Origin: Caulobacteraceae bacterium
GTDB taxonomy: Bacteria > Pseudomonadota > Alphaproteobacteria > Caulobacterales > Caulobacteraceae
Reading direction: 5' to 3'
Length of the DNA: 64,000 nucleotides
Assembly (NCBI GenBank): GCA_947441065.1
Contig: CANESI010000011.1
Span: 5,584 to 69,583 of the forward strand
Shown here: piece by piece, positions 46,697 through 56,616 of the stretch
Position numbering within the stretch: position 1 is the stretch's first letter
How the letters are laid out: each line of letters begins with the position of its first letter
Notes under the pieces: model-generated
Told to the model about the DNA's origin: nothing
The model's database searches: none
The model's input: only the letters and a program-made list of their open reading frames with translations
Program-made: the position numbers and the translations under genes

Positions 46697-46855
46697 GGGA
46701 GGGTCCCCCTACCCCGGCTTCGCCGCGAAGGCTGGCATTCGGTTGAGAGGCCCGTGGACGCAACCCCCTCACCCAACCCTCTCCCCCAAGGGGGCGAGGA
46801 CTTATCGGTTCTTAGCCCTCTCCCTGTGGGAGAGGGTTGGGTGAGGGCCTTGTTA
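46697..46855. repeat. Mosaic intergenic repeat cluster R7 (D-tail inverted, B, A)
   Basis: Contains CCCCTACCCCGGCTTCGCCG (the inverted D tail), CCCTCACCCAACCCTCTCCCCCAAGGGGGCGAGG and CCCTCTCCCtgtgGGAGAGGGTTGGGTGAGGGCC. It starts immediately after the regulator's stop codon. Confidence 0.85.
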
Positions 46856-46963
46856 TCCAACCTGCGCCCTCGCCATTTACAGACCCCAGCCATCAGCCTA
46901 CCAATTGAACCCTAGCGCAAGCGGGCACCTAGTCCTGCGGCGGAGGGAACAGATCGTCCTATT

Positions 46964-47548
46964 ATGTCCTTGATGTTAAGAACCTTTTTGGAAAATGAGC
47001 GGGGGATCAAGCGATTCCTGTCGCGGTTTTTTCCACGGGCTCAAGATGTCGACGATCTGGCTCAAGAGACCTTTCTGCGCGCCTTTGCGGCTGAAGCTGA
47101 GCGCGACGTCCTAAGCCCTAGGGCCTTTCTCTATCGCATCGCCAAGAACCTCGCCCTTAATGAGCGCGAGCGTCTCGCCCATAGAACGACGCGCTTTATA
47201 GAGGATTATCCCGACCCATCGGTCATAGGTGCCAGTGACCAGGTCTCAGGTGAGGACGTGGTCGAAGGTCGACAGAAAATGGCAATCTTTGCAGAAGCTA
47301 TATCCGCCTTGCCGCCGCAGTGCCGCCGGGTGTTTTTGCTGCGCAAGGTTCAGGGTCTGTCGCAGAAGGATGTTGCACAAAGATTGGGCCTTTCGGTCAG
47401 CACGGTTGAAAAACATCTGGCGACGGGTTTGCTCAAATGCAGTGAGTATCTAAAGCTACGAGGCTATGAGGTCGGCAGCGGCTCGGCGGCGGTACCGACC
47501 CCGCCTCAGCAATATAGATCCCAGGGAGGGTCAAGCGCAGATGTCTGA
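46964..47548 (+). CDS. ECF-type RNA polymerase sigma-70 factor (FecI-like)
   Basis: 194 aa with region 2 (DVDDLAQETFLRAF) and region 4 (LSQKDVAQRLGLSVSTVEKHL). Confidence 0.88.
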   Translation: MSLMLRTFLENERGIKRFLSRFFPRAQDVDDLAQETFLRAFAAEAERDVLSPRAFLYRIAKNLALNERERLAHRTTRFIEDYPDPSVIGASDQVSGEDVVEGRQKMAIFAEAISALPPQCRRVFLLRKVQGLSQKDVAQRLGLSVSTVEKHLATGLLKCSEYLKLRGYEVGSGSAAVPTPPQQYRSQGGSSADV

Positions 47549-48593
47549 CCCGAACAATATCATCCGGCTGGTGGATCTTGCTTCCATCGAGACCCAGGCC
47601 GCCGATTGGATCGCTCGTCTGGATCGTGATGCCCCGTCTCAGTCCGATCTTGCGGACTTTGCGGCGTGGAAGGCCCTCAGCCCTCAGCATCAGCAGGCGG
47701 CCGACCGGCTTCAAGGCCTATGGTCCGAATTTGACATTCTGGCCAAGCTGACACCGGCGGTCCAAGATCGGATTGTTGCCAGCCCCAAGCGTCCCACGCC
47801 GCCGCCGCCCTGGTGGGTTGCGGGCCTTGTCGCGGCCAGTCTGGTTGTGGCGGGCCTCGGCGCAGTCTCGGTCCTTCAGCAACTGCCCCAGACACAGGTC
47901 TATGATACGGCCGTGGGCGGGCAGAGGACGATCAATCTCGAAGATGGATCGAGCATCCAACTCAATACCAACAGTCAGGTCGAGGTGCGCTATTCGGCCA
48001 AGGCGCGGGACCTGCGCCTGATCCGCGGTGAAGCCTATTTCGAGGTGGTCCCGAACAAACAGCGGCCCTTCTCGGTCTATGCCCAAGAGGGTGTGGTTCG
48101 CGCCGTTGGCACGGCCTTTGTCGTTCGACTGACCGGAGATCGGGTTGAGGTCACAGTCACCAAGGGCAAGGTTGAACTGGCCGCCTTTACCCATCCGGTG
48201 GGCCGTGCATCGCTGGACCGTGTCGCCGCCATACCGCGCAAGCCACTGACCATGGTCTCTGCGACCCATGGGGCCACTGAACTGGCGGTGCTGGATCAGA
48301 CCCAACTGATTGAGCATCTCGATCTTGCGCCGCCGGAAGTCACCCGAAAGTTGGCTTGGCGCCAAGGGATGCTGGTCTTCAACGGCGAGACCCTGCCCAA
48401 TGTCGTGGCTGATGTGAGCCGCTATACCGATGTCCAAATTGAGATCGCTGACCCCACGCTCAACAACCTCAAGGTCGGCGGCTATTTCAAGGTGGGGGAA
48501 ATTGACCCGATGCTTGAGGCGCTGGAGTCGAGCTTCGGCGTTCGCGTTGAGCGGATCGATGACAAGCATGTGCGTCTGCTGGCCTCGTTTTAG
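47541..48593 (+). CDS. FecR-family anti-sigma factor / transmembrane sensor
   Basis: The start is trimmed to ATG 47541, which overlaps the sigma-factor stop (ATGTCTGA). It has an N-terminal anti-sigma region (AADWIARLDRD), one TM segment and a periplasmic FecR domain. Confidence 0.85.
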   Translation: MSDPNNIIRLVDLASIETQAADWIARLDRDAPSQSDLADFAAWKALSPQHQQAADRLQGLWSEFDILAKLTPAVQDRIVASPKRPTPPPPWWVAGLVAASLVVAGLGAVSVLQQLPQTQVYDTAVGGQRTINLEDGSSIQLNTNSQVEVRYSAKARDLRLIRGEAYFEVVPNKQRPFSVYAQEGVVRAVGTAFVVRLTGDRVEVTVTKGKVELAAFTHPVGRASLDRVAAIPRKPLTMVSATHGATELAVLDQTQLIEHLDLAPPEVTRKLAWRQGMLVFNGETLPNVVADVSRYTDVQIEIADPTLNNLKVGGYFKVGEIDPMLEALESSFGVRVERIDDKHVRLLASF

Positions 48594-48706
48594 AAAACCA
48601 ACAATTGCCCTCACTATAAAAAAAACATCACATAGGGCAGGGGGCACTAGTGGATTTCCATGGCTCACCGGTCCTATCCCCTAAGGCCGGTGACTAGGCA
48701 GTATCG

Positions 48707-51379
48707 TTGCATCCATCGTCGCGCCAAAGATTAGGGAAGAAGGATCGCCATTTGCGCGTAGGGATCGCCGCTTGCCTGTTGGCTGGCTCTGTCCTTGCAA
48801 GTGCTGGCGGGGCTCAGGCTCAGGTCGCAGGTCCAGTCTGCAACCTTCGGATCACCCAGACCACGCTCGGTCCAGCCCTCGGGGCCTTGGCTGAGCAGTG
48901 TGGGGTGCCACTTCTATTTCCCTATGATTTGGCCCGCACGGGGGGAATCCATCCCGTCAGGGGACGGCGCACGATATCTGAGGCCCTGAAGATCATGCTT
49001 CGGGGCACGTCTCTCACCGGTGAACTGACGGCCAGCGGGGTCATTACGATCTCGCGTTCCGTCGATAACGGGGAGAAAGATATGACGCGTAATTCCAGAA
49101 CAGGTCTGCTGGCCGGGGCTTCCGCCTTGGTCATGAGCATCATCGGGACCAATCAGGTTCAGGCTCAAGAGACCCGGTCCAATGTGATCGAAGAAGTGAT
49201 CGTGACCGCCACCAAGCGGGCTGAGTCGGTTCAAGACATTCCCCAAAGCATCACCGCCGTCAGCGGCAAGGATCTCGAAGCCAAGGGCATCGAGAACTAT
49301 GAAGATCTGACCCGCACCATCCCTGGCGTGATCGCCACCGGTGGCTCTAACTTCAACAAGTTCGTTGTGCGCGGCATCCAGACCTCGAACGGGACAAGCA
49401 GCAGCGGCGAGCAAAAGCTGGTGGCCATCTATCTGGATGACCTGCCCCTGACCTCGTTCTCGGTCCTGACCCCAGACATGCGTCCCTACGATATTGGTCG
49501 TGTTGAGGTTCTGCGCGGACCCCAAGGCACCCTGTTCGGATCCGGCTCGCTGGCGGGCGCGATCCGTTACGTGACCAACAAGGCCGATCCGAGCGGCTAT
49601 CACGCCTCGCTTGATGTTGAAGCCGGCAAGACCAAGGGCGACTCCAATCGTCTGCGTCTGGGCGGCATGGTCAATGTGCCTCTGATCCAAGACCAACTGG
49701 CCGTGCGTCTGGTCGGCTATATGCGCGACGAAGATGGCTGGGTGAACTATGCCGGCGCAAACGGCCGCAAGAACACCAACACCGCTGATGATTGGGGCGT
49801 TCGTGGCTCCTTGCGTTGGCAGCCTAACGATAAGCTGAACGCGACCTTCATGGTCACCAGCGATCACAATGAGGTCGGCGACTCTTCGCTCTATGATCCA
49901 ACCCAAGGGCGCAACATTGCCAAGCGCGATTTCCCCTTCGCGGTGGATGTTGATCTCGACAGCTACAATGCCACGATTGAGTATGATCTGGGCTTTGCGG
50001 ACCTGACCTCGGCAACAGTGTTTGCCAAGTCCAAGACCGGTTGGAACCTCGATCTGGACGCCGTCTTGACCGCGGTCATGCCGTTCTACTTCCAAGAAAA
50101 GATCGATACGGACTCGTTCGTCGAAGACATTCGCCTCGTCTCCAAGAAGGGCGGCAAGCTCGATTGGGTCGTCGGTGCCTTCTATCTGGATCAGAAGAGC
50201 GACTATGCCGACAGCTTCAACGTGCCCCAATCCTTCTTGGCGGCTCTGAAGATCACAGGCCTTTCGCCCATTCTTACCCCCAATGCTGACACCAGCATGG
50301 ACCTGCGCAACAAGAAGAACTTCGAAGCCGCGCTCTATGGTGAGGTCAGCTATCACTTCACCGATACCCTGACCTTCACGACCGGTGCGCGGGCGTCGAA
50401 ATATGAGTTTATCGATGAGGACAAGGGCATTGGTTTCCAAACCCCCACCCTGATCCCCGCGATCTTCACCTCGATCTTTGGCTTCGGCGGCTCCAACATT
50501 GTTAAGGTGCCATCGGTTGCGCGCACCAACTCAACCGGCAAGAAGAGCAAGTTGATCGGCAAGTTCGGGCTGGAATGGCAGCCGAGTGCTGACCAGACCT
50601 ACTATGGCCTAGCCTCGCAAGGCTTCCGCCGTAGCCACCCCAATGGCCCCTCAGCCAGCAATGGCGGTAAGAGCGCGATCAATCCAAACGATCCGGCCAT
50701 CATTCCGGTCATGGCCGAGGCGGACTCGCTTTGGAACTATGAGTTGGGGGCAAAGAATATCTGGCTTGATGGACGTCTGCGCACCACGCTTGCGGCCTAC
50801 TATATTGATTGGGGTCCGATGCAGGTGCCGCTCGTCCGTTCGTCGGATGCAACGCCCTATGTCGGCACGGTTGGTAAGGCCCGCTCGATCGGTCTAGAGG
50901 CCGAAGTGGATGCCCTGATCAATGAGCATCTCGAAGGCGGCTTTAACGCCACAATCCAGAGCGCCGAGGTCACCGAACTGACCGCGACGGAATCTCTGAT
51001 CTCTGGTGCACTGGTCGGCGCGAAACTGGCTTCACCGGAGTTTAAGGCCGGAGCCTACGCCAAGTACGGCTGGACCTTGGCCGATGGCTCCGATCTCTAT
51101 GCTCGCATCGACGCGCAGCATGTTGGGGAGTATGTCAACACCTTCCCCAATACGGCAGGTGCGAAGATCCCGAACGCGGCCTTTGCCGAGATCCCAGCCT
51201 ATCAGAACGTCAATGTCAGCGTCGGTTGGGCCAAGGGTAATCTGAAGGCGGTGCTCTATGCCGAGAACCTTGGCAACAACCAGTCGCCGATCTTTATCGA
51301 TGCGGCCAACTACTCACTGAACCGTTACGGCACCTTGCGTCCGCGCACGGTCGGTGTGCGGTTGGGTTGGAAGCACTAA
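48707..51379 (+). CDS. TonB-dependent receptor with N-terminal STN signalling domain (FecA-type transducer)
   Basis: 890 aa with a signal peptide, an STN domain (…LGALAEQCGVPLLFPYDL…VITISR), a plug domain (EEVIVTATKRAESVQDIPQSITAVS) and a C-terminal barrel ending ...GVRLGWKH. It has a TTG start. Confidence 0.9.
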   Translation: MHPSSRQRLGKKDRHLRVGIAACLLAGSVLASAGGAQAQVAGPVCNLRITQTTLGPALGALAEQCGVPLLFPYDLARTGGIHPVRGRRTISEALKIMLRGTSLTGELTASGVITISRSVDNGEKDMTRNSRTGLLAGASALVMSIIGTNQVQAQETRSNVIEEVIVTATKRAESVQDIPQSITAVSGKDLEAKGIENYEDLTRTIPGVIATGGSNFNKFVVRGIQTSNGTSSSGEQKLVAIYLDDLPLTSFSVLTPDMRPYDIGRVEVLRGPQGTLFGSGSLAGAIRYVTNKADPSGYHASLDVEAGKTKGDSNRLRLGGMVNVPLIQDQLAVRLVGYMRDEDGWVNYAGANGRKNTNTADDWGVRGSLRWQPNDKLNATFMVTSDHNEVGDSSLYDPTQGRNIAKRDFPFAVDVDLDSYNATIEYDLGFADLTSATVFAKSKTGWNLDLDAVLTAVMPFYFQEKIDTDSFVEDIRLVSKKGGKLDWVVGAFYLDQKSDYADSFNVPQSFLAALKITGLSPILTPNADTSMDLRNKKNFEAALYGEVSYHFTDTLTFTTGARASKYEFIDEDKGIGFQTPTLIPAIFTSIFGFGGSNIVKVPSVARTNSTGKKSKLIGKFGLEWQPSADQTYYGLASQGFRRSHPNGPSASNGGKSAINPNDPAIIPVMAEADSLWNYELGAKNIWLDGRLRTTLAAYYIDWGPMQVPLVRSSDATPYVGTVGKARSIGLEAEVDALINEHLEGGFNATIQSAEVTELTATESLISGALVGAKLASPEFKAGAYAKYGWTLADGSDLYARIDAQHVGEYVNTFPNTAGAKIPNAAFAEIPAYQNVNVSVGWAKGNLKAVLYAENLGNNQSPIFIDAANYSLNRYGTLRPRTVGVRLGWKH

Positions 51380-51504
51380 GAGGCTTGAGGCGCGATTGGG
51401 TCTTCGGGCCTGATCGCGCCGACCTCTATCTAATGTCACAATGATCTCATAGTCTGATCCAAACCTCGGCGTGAACGCGCGATCGGGGCAGGGGAGTGGT
51501 TACC

Positions 51505-53253
51505 ATGTCCATGCTGCGCAAGGCTCAAGCCCTTGGGTTTACGATGGTTTTGTCTCTGGCAGGAGGGGCTGTGGCCTCGGCAGCGGATATGAGACTGACC
51601 ACCCCTCAGGGCCAACTTTTGGGCGAGGTCGGAGCAGAGGACGGTATCGCCGTCTTTAAGGGCATTCCCTATGCTGTGCCGCCCGTCGGCGTGCGTCGTT
51701 GGAAACATGCCGAGCCTGCACCGGCCTGGTTCAGCCTTCGCAGCGCCAAGACCGCCGGTCCTGCCTGTATGCAGATGACCATGCCTGAGAGCTTGACCTT
51801 CGGTCCTGGCAAGACCCAGCCCGTGCTCTATTTCGAGCCCGGCGATGTGACCAGCGAAGACTGCCTCTATGCGAACGTCTGGACCCCGGCCAAGGGCGGC
51901 GAGATCAAGCGCGCGCCCGCCCCTGTCATGGTCTGGATCCATGGCGGCGGCTTTGTCGGCGGCGCAGGCTCTTCGCCAAACTATGACGGCACGGAATTGG
52001 CCAAGAAGGGCGTGGTGGTGGTCAGCATCAACTATCGCCTCGGCATTTTCGGTTTCTTTGCCCATCCCGAACTGTCGGCGGAAAATGGCCAAGGGGCCTC
52101 GGGCAACTATGGCGTCACCGATCAGGTCGCGGCCCTGAAATGGGTCAAAGCCAATATCGCAGCCTTTGGCGGCGATCCCAACAATGTCACCATCTTTGGC
52201 GAGTCTGCGGGCAGCTGGGCCGTTAGCCTGCAACTGGCGACCCCCCTGTCTGAGGGCCTGTTTCACAAGGCTATCGGCGAGAGCGGGGCCTATTTCTATT
52301 CGATGCCGGACCTGAAGACCGCCGTGAACGGCATGGAGTCCGGCGAAACCACGGGCAAGAGCTTTGGCGACAAGGTGGCTCCCGGCGGCTTGTCGGGCCT
52401 ACGGGCCCTAAGCGGTGATGCTCTGTTGCTTGCCAGCATGACCACGCCCGGTGCCCCCAGTTTTGGCCAGTTCTTGGTCGTCGACGGCTATGTGCTCAAA
52501 AGGCCTGTGCGCGAGACCTATCTGCGCGGCGAGCAGCGCGCGGTGCCGGTGATAGTGGGCTCCAACGCCGATGAGGGTTCAGGTCTGTCCGACTTTGGCA
52601 TCGTGGCGGCAACGCCAAAGGATGCGGCCACCTATGTGGCTCAGGTCAAGGCGCGCTACGGCGATCTGGCCCCGGCCTATCTGAAACAATATCCCGCGAC
52701 CAACCTGACCGATGCGGTGTTCAACGCCTATCGCGACTCTGAATTTGGCTGGCGCATGGAACATTGGGCGGGTCAGATGGCGGCTACGAAGTCTCCGGCC
52801 TGGCTCTATCATTTCTCGCACCTGTCGCCTGCCGGTGAGGCCGTGCACGCGGTCGATTTCGGGGCCAATCAGCGTCGACTTGGCGCCTTCCATGCCGCTG
52901 AAATCGCTTATGTGTTCAATAGGCCCGACAAGCAGTTGCGCTTTAGCGACAGACTCAAGCCGACGGACCTCGCGCTGGCCGATCAGATGAGCAGCTATTG
53001 GGTCAATTTCGCCAAGACCAGCAATCCCAACGGCGCGGGCCTTCCCGAATGGAAGCCCTATCTGGACAAGGATCGCCGCTATATGGCCTTTGACCAGACC
53101 TCTGTTCCGTCGATCAATCTGCTGCCGGGCCGGTTGGAACTGCACCGTACCATCGACACAGTGCGGACCCAGAAATCCATTCCATGGAACGGGGCTCAAG
53201 CGGGATTGCTCGGCCAGACTGTTCCTGCGACGGTGGCTGCAACTGCACGTTAA
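51505..53253 (+). CDS. Type B carboxylesterase/lipase family protein, secreted
   Basis: Carries the motifs VWIHGGGF and FGESAGS, plus a signal peptide. The start is chosen at ATG 51505 (GGGGAG 8 nt upstream). The ORF track starts at GTG 51496. Confidence 0.85.
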   Translation: MSMLRKAQALGFTMVLSLAGGAVASAADMRLTTPQGQLLGEVGAEDGIAVFKGIPYAVPPVGVRRWKHAEPAPAWFSLRSAKTAGPACMQMTMPESLTFGPGKTQPVLYFEPGDVTSEDCLYANVWTPAKGGEIKRAPAPVMVWIHGGGFVGGAGSSPNYDGTELAKKGVVVVSINYRLGIFGFFAHPELSAENGQGASGNYGVTDQVAALKWVKANIAAFGGDPNNVTIFGESAGSWAVSLQLATPLSEGLFHKAIGESGAYFYSMPDLKTAVNGMESGETTGKSFGDKVAPGGLSGLRALSGDALLLASMTTPGAPSFGQFLVVDGYVLKRPVRETYLRGEQRAVPVIVGSNADEGSGLSDFGIVAATPKDAATYVAQVKARYGDLAPAYLKQYPATNLTDAVFNAYRDSEFGWRMEHWAGQMAATKSPAWLYHFSHLSPAGEAVHAVDFGANQRRLGAFHAAEIAYVFNRPDKQLRFSDRLKPTDLALADQMSSYWVNFAKTSNPNGAGLPEWKPYLDKDRRYMAFDQTSVPSINLLPGRLELHRTIDTVRTQKSIPWNGAQAGLLGQTVPATVAATAR

Positions 53254-53290
53254 AGCCCTTCTTCAGCCTTCAATCTCTTAGGACACGACC

Positions 53291-54331
53291 ATGACCTCAA
53301 AGCTGACTAATGATCCCCGCATCGACCCCCGGATCAAGGCCATCTTTGGTCAGACCGGCGATCTGGTCCCCACAGGCAATGCCAAGGACCGGGCAGAAAT
53401 GCTGGCCTATGAGGCGAGCGAAGAGGGCTTGGCTGCCGCTGCGGGCCTGAGCGCCATGTTCGATATGGTCGACAATGAATTTGTCGCCCCATCGGCGGGT
53501 CTGGTCATCCGCACCGAGCGGTTCCAGTCCGCGCCCGACGGAAACTGGGTCAATATCCAGTATATCCGCCCCGATACGGACGAGACCCTGCCTTGCGTCT
53601 ATTACATCCACGGCGGCGGCATGATGATCATGTCCTGCTATGATGGGCTCTATAAGGCTTGGGGCCGGATCATTGCGGCGCGCGGCGTGGCCGTGGCCAT
53701 GGTTGATTTCCGCAACTGCCTGCGCGCCTCGTCGGCGCCAGAGGTCGATCCCTTCCCCGCCGGTCTGAATGACTGTGTCTCGGGCTTAAAATGGGTCAAG
53801 GACAACAGCGCCAAGCTCAATATTGATCCTGATCGTATTGTCGTGGCCGGTGAAAGCGGCGGCGGCAACCTGACCCTCGCCACGGGCCTCAAGCTCAAGC
53901 AGGACGGCGATATTGGCCTGATCAAGGGGCTCTATGCGCTCTGCCCCTATATTGCCGGCGAGTGGCCCCTGCCGCAAAATCCATCCTCGAGCGAGAACAA
54001 CGGCATCTTCCTCGAACTGCATAATAATCGCGGGGCCATGGCCTATGGCATGGATGCTTTCAATGAGCGCAACCCTTTGGCTTGGCCTGCCTTTGCTACG
54101 GCTGAGGACGTCAAGGGCCTGCCGCCGACCGTGATCAGCGTCAATGAGTGCGATCCTCTGCGCGATGAGGGTATCAACTTCTACCGCCTGCTGATGCAAA
54201 GCGGCGTCAATGCCCGCTGCCGACAGGTCATGGGCACGACCCATGGCGTCGAGATCTTCGCCATCTGCTGTCCAGATATCAGCCGGGATACGGCCAATGA
54301 TCTGGCGCGGTTCTGCCGCGAACCGCTCTAA
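53291..54331 (+). CDS. Alpha/beta hydrolase, hormone-sensitive-lipase (HSL)-type esterase, cytoplasmic
   Basis: 346 aa with the HGGG oxyanion motif (YYIHGGGM) and the nucleophile elbow GESGGG. No signal peptide is visible. Confidence 0.8.
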   Translation: MTSKLTNDPRIDPRIKAIFGQTGDLVPTGNAKDRAEMLAYEASEEGLAAAAGLSAMFDMVDNEFVAPSAGLVIRTERFQSAPDGNWVNIQYIRPDTDETLPCVYYIHGGGMMIMSCYDGLYKAWGRIIAARGVAVAMVDFRNCLRASSAPEVDPFPAGLNDCVSGLKWVKDNSAKLNIDPDRIVVAGESGGGNLTLATGLKLKQDGDIGLIKGLYALCPYIAGEWPLPQNPSSSENNGIFLELHNNRGAMAYGMDAFNERNPLAWPAFATAEDVKGLPPTVISVNECDPLRDEGINFYRLLMQSGVNARCRQVMGTTHGVEIFAICCPDISRDTANDLARFCREPL

Positions 54332-54362
54332 TCTAACGTGAAAGGGTCTGTCCTGGTTTCGT

Positions 54363-55409
54363 CTAGGACAGGCCCCATCCGCGCTTGAGAGCACTGAGCG
54401 CTTGGGCGTTGAACCGCACGCTGACCGACGCCTTAGGCACCAAGCCATTGAATCCGTGATAGGCACCGGGAACGACCAACAGCTCGGTCGAAACGCCAGC
54501 CGCGATCAGGCGGCGGGCATAGTCCACATCCTCATCGACGAACAGATCCAGCGCCCCGACACTGATGAAGGTGGGCGGCAGGCCTGATAGGTCCTTGACC
54601 CGCGCAGGAACTGAGCCAGCCGGTGGGTTGGCACTGCCCGGAGCCATGCCGAGCAAGGACTCCCAGCCAAACCGGTTGGAGCCGGAATTCCACAGGAAGT
54701 GGCCAATATGCTCCGGAGCGGGCTTGGTCGAGCCCGTCCGGTCGTCGAGCATGGGATAGATCAGCAGTTGGAAGGCGAGGTCATATTCGCCGCGATCCCG
54801 CGCCGCGATGGCCAGCATAGCCGCATGGCCCCCGCCTGCGCTTTCGCCCCCGATGGCAATCCGCTTGGGATCAATGCCAAGACTGGCCGCATTGAGGTTC
54901 ATCCACTTGAGGGCCGCGTAATTGTCTTCCAGCGCGCCGGGGAAGGGGGTCTCGGGCGCGAGGCGATAGTCGACTGACACCACCAAGGCGCCGCAGGTGG
55001 CGGCAATGTCTTGCAATGAGGCTGGGTTGCCATCGACGCGGCCGCCCACGAACCCGCCGCCATGCATGTGCAGATAGGCGGGGCAACCCTTCTGGCCGCC
55101 CGTGCCGTCAATGACCATGACCGACACATCCGGCGCGCCCTTGGGTCCAGGAATGGTCTTCATCACGGGCTGAGGCGCAGGGGCGGGCTTGGGCGGCATG
55201 CCGGGCCGAGCCCGCATCATCGGCAAGGTCGCTTTACTGATGGTTGTCGGCGGCAGGGCCTTGGCCGTCGCCAAAAGCTCGGGATCGACGAGGGCGAACG
55301 GGTCAGTGACCCCGGCCGGGGCGGCAATGGATGAGCTTGTCAGCAGACTGGAGGCCGAAATCGTACCCAAGAGGCCAAGGCCAAGGTCGCGCCGGTTGAT
55401 CTCAGTCAT
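54363..55409 (-). CDS. Alpha/beta hydrolase, HSL-type esterase with Tat signal
   Basis: 348 aa with a twin-arginine leader (MTEINRRDLGLGLLG), HMHGGGF and GGESAGG. Confidence 0.8.
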   Translation of the reverse strand: MTEINRRDLGLGLLGTISASSLLTSSSIAAPAGVTDPFALVDPELLATAKALPPTTISKATLPMMRARPGMPPKPAPAPQPVMKTIPGPKGAPDVSVMVIDGTGGQKGCPAYLHMHGGGFVGGRVDGNPASLQDIAATCGALVVSVDYRLAPETPFPGALEDNYAALKWMNLNAASLGIDPKRIAIGGESAGGGHAAMLAIAARDRGEYDLAFQLLIYPMLDDRTGSTKPAPEHIGHFLWNSGSNRFGWESLLGMAPGSANPPAGSVPARVKDLSGLPPTFISVGALDLFVDEDVDYARRLIAAGVSTELLVVPGAYHGFNGLVPKASVSVRFNAQALSALKRGWGLS

Positions 55410-55560
55410 ATTAGGGTTCCTTGCGCAGGCGTTGGGTTAAGGGCTCTATGTCTCATCATGCCGAAGGGATGGGCGCGCGTTAAGCAATATCTCAGGCTCT
55501 CGCCCAACCGACGGGCCTGAACAGACTGTCCAAGCCTGCCGCGCGGGGGTAGGAGAGGAC

Positions 55561-56616
55561 ATGGCTGATACGCTGGACCAGATCGACCTTGCCGCCCTGA
55601 CGGCCTTTGACGACATCATTGATGTGCGCAGTCCGGGTGAATTTGCCGAAGACCATATGCCCGGCGCGATCAATCTACCGGTCTTGAGCAATGCCGAGCG
55701 GGTTGAGATTGGCACGCTCTATGTCCAGAAATCCCGCTTTTTGGCACGCCGTATCGGCGCGGCCTATGTGGCTCGCAACATTGCCCATCATCTCGAAACT
55801 ACGCTGGCCGACCGACCGGGGGGCTATCAGCCGCTGGTCTATTGCTGGCGCGGGGGCCAGAGGTCCAACGCCATGGCCACGGTCCTGCGTCAGGTCGGTT
55901 GGCGCGCCGTGCTGGTCACCGGCGGCTATAAGACTTGGCGGCGCTTTGTCAGCGAGAGCCTCTATGATGCAGAACCGTCGCTGAAGGTGATCTTGCTTGA
56001 TGGCAATACCGGCTCGGCCAAGACCGAAATCCTAGGGCGCATGGCCGCGCGCGGGGTGCAGGTGCTGGACCTTGAAGGGCTGGCGGCCCATCGCGGTTCC
56101 GTGTTCGGGGCCATGTCGCGTGCCGGTCAGCCCAGCCAGAAGATGTTTGAAGGCCGGCTGCTTCAGGCCATGGCGACGCTCGATCCCAGCCGTCCGGTGC
56201 TGATTGAGGCGGAATCCAGCAAGATCGGCGACCGGATGGTGCCGCCGATCCTGTGGAAGGCGATGCAGACTGCGCCGCGCATTGTCATTGAGGCCTCCCC
56301 CGCCGACCGGGTCGGCTATCTGGTGCGGGCCTATCGCGACATTTCCGAGGATGAGACCGCCCTCCATGAGGCCATTGATCGTTTGCCGCCGCTCTATGGT
56401 CGCCAGCGCCTCGCCGACTGGAAACAGATGGTTGCGGATCAGGCCTTTGACAGCTTCGCCGAGGCCCTGATGGAGGTCCATTATGATCCAGCCTATGGCC
56501 GCTCCAGCCGCCAAGATAGCCGCCCCTGCCTAGGGACCATCATTCCGCCCAATCTGGAGGATGAGGGCCAAGAGGCCGCTGCCGACCAGATCGCGGCCCT
56601 GATGCTTAGGCTGTAA
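55561..56616 (+). CDS. selU: tRNA 2-selenouridine synthase
   Basis: 351 aa with an N-terminal rhodanese domain carrying the active-site motif CWRGGQRS and a P-loop (LDGNTGSAKT). Confidence 0.85.
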   Translation: MADTLDQIDLAALTAFDDIIDVRSPGEFAEDHMPGAINLPVLSNAERVEIGTLYVQKSRFLARRIGAAYVARNIAHHLETTLADRPGGYQPLVYCWRGGQRSNAMATVLRQVGWRAVLVTGGYKTWRRFVSESLYDAEPSLKVILLDGNTGSAKTEILGRMAARGVQVLDLEGLAAHRGSVFGAMSRAGQPSQKMFEGRLLQAMATLDPSRPVLIEAESSKIGDRMVPPILWKAMQTAPRIVIEASPADRVGYLVRAYRDISEDETALHEAIDRLPPLYGRQRLADWKQMVADQAFDSFAEALMEVHYDPAYGRSSRQDSRPCLGTIIPPNLEDEGQEAAADQIAALMLRL

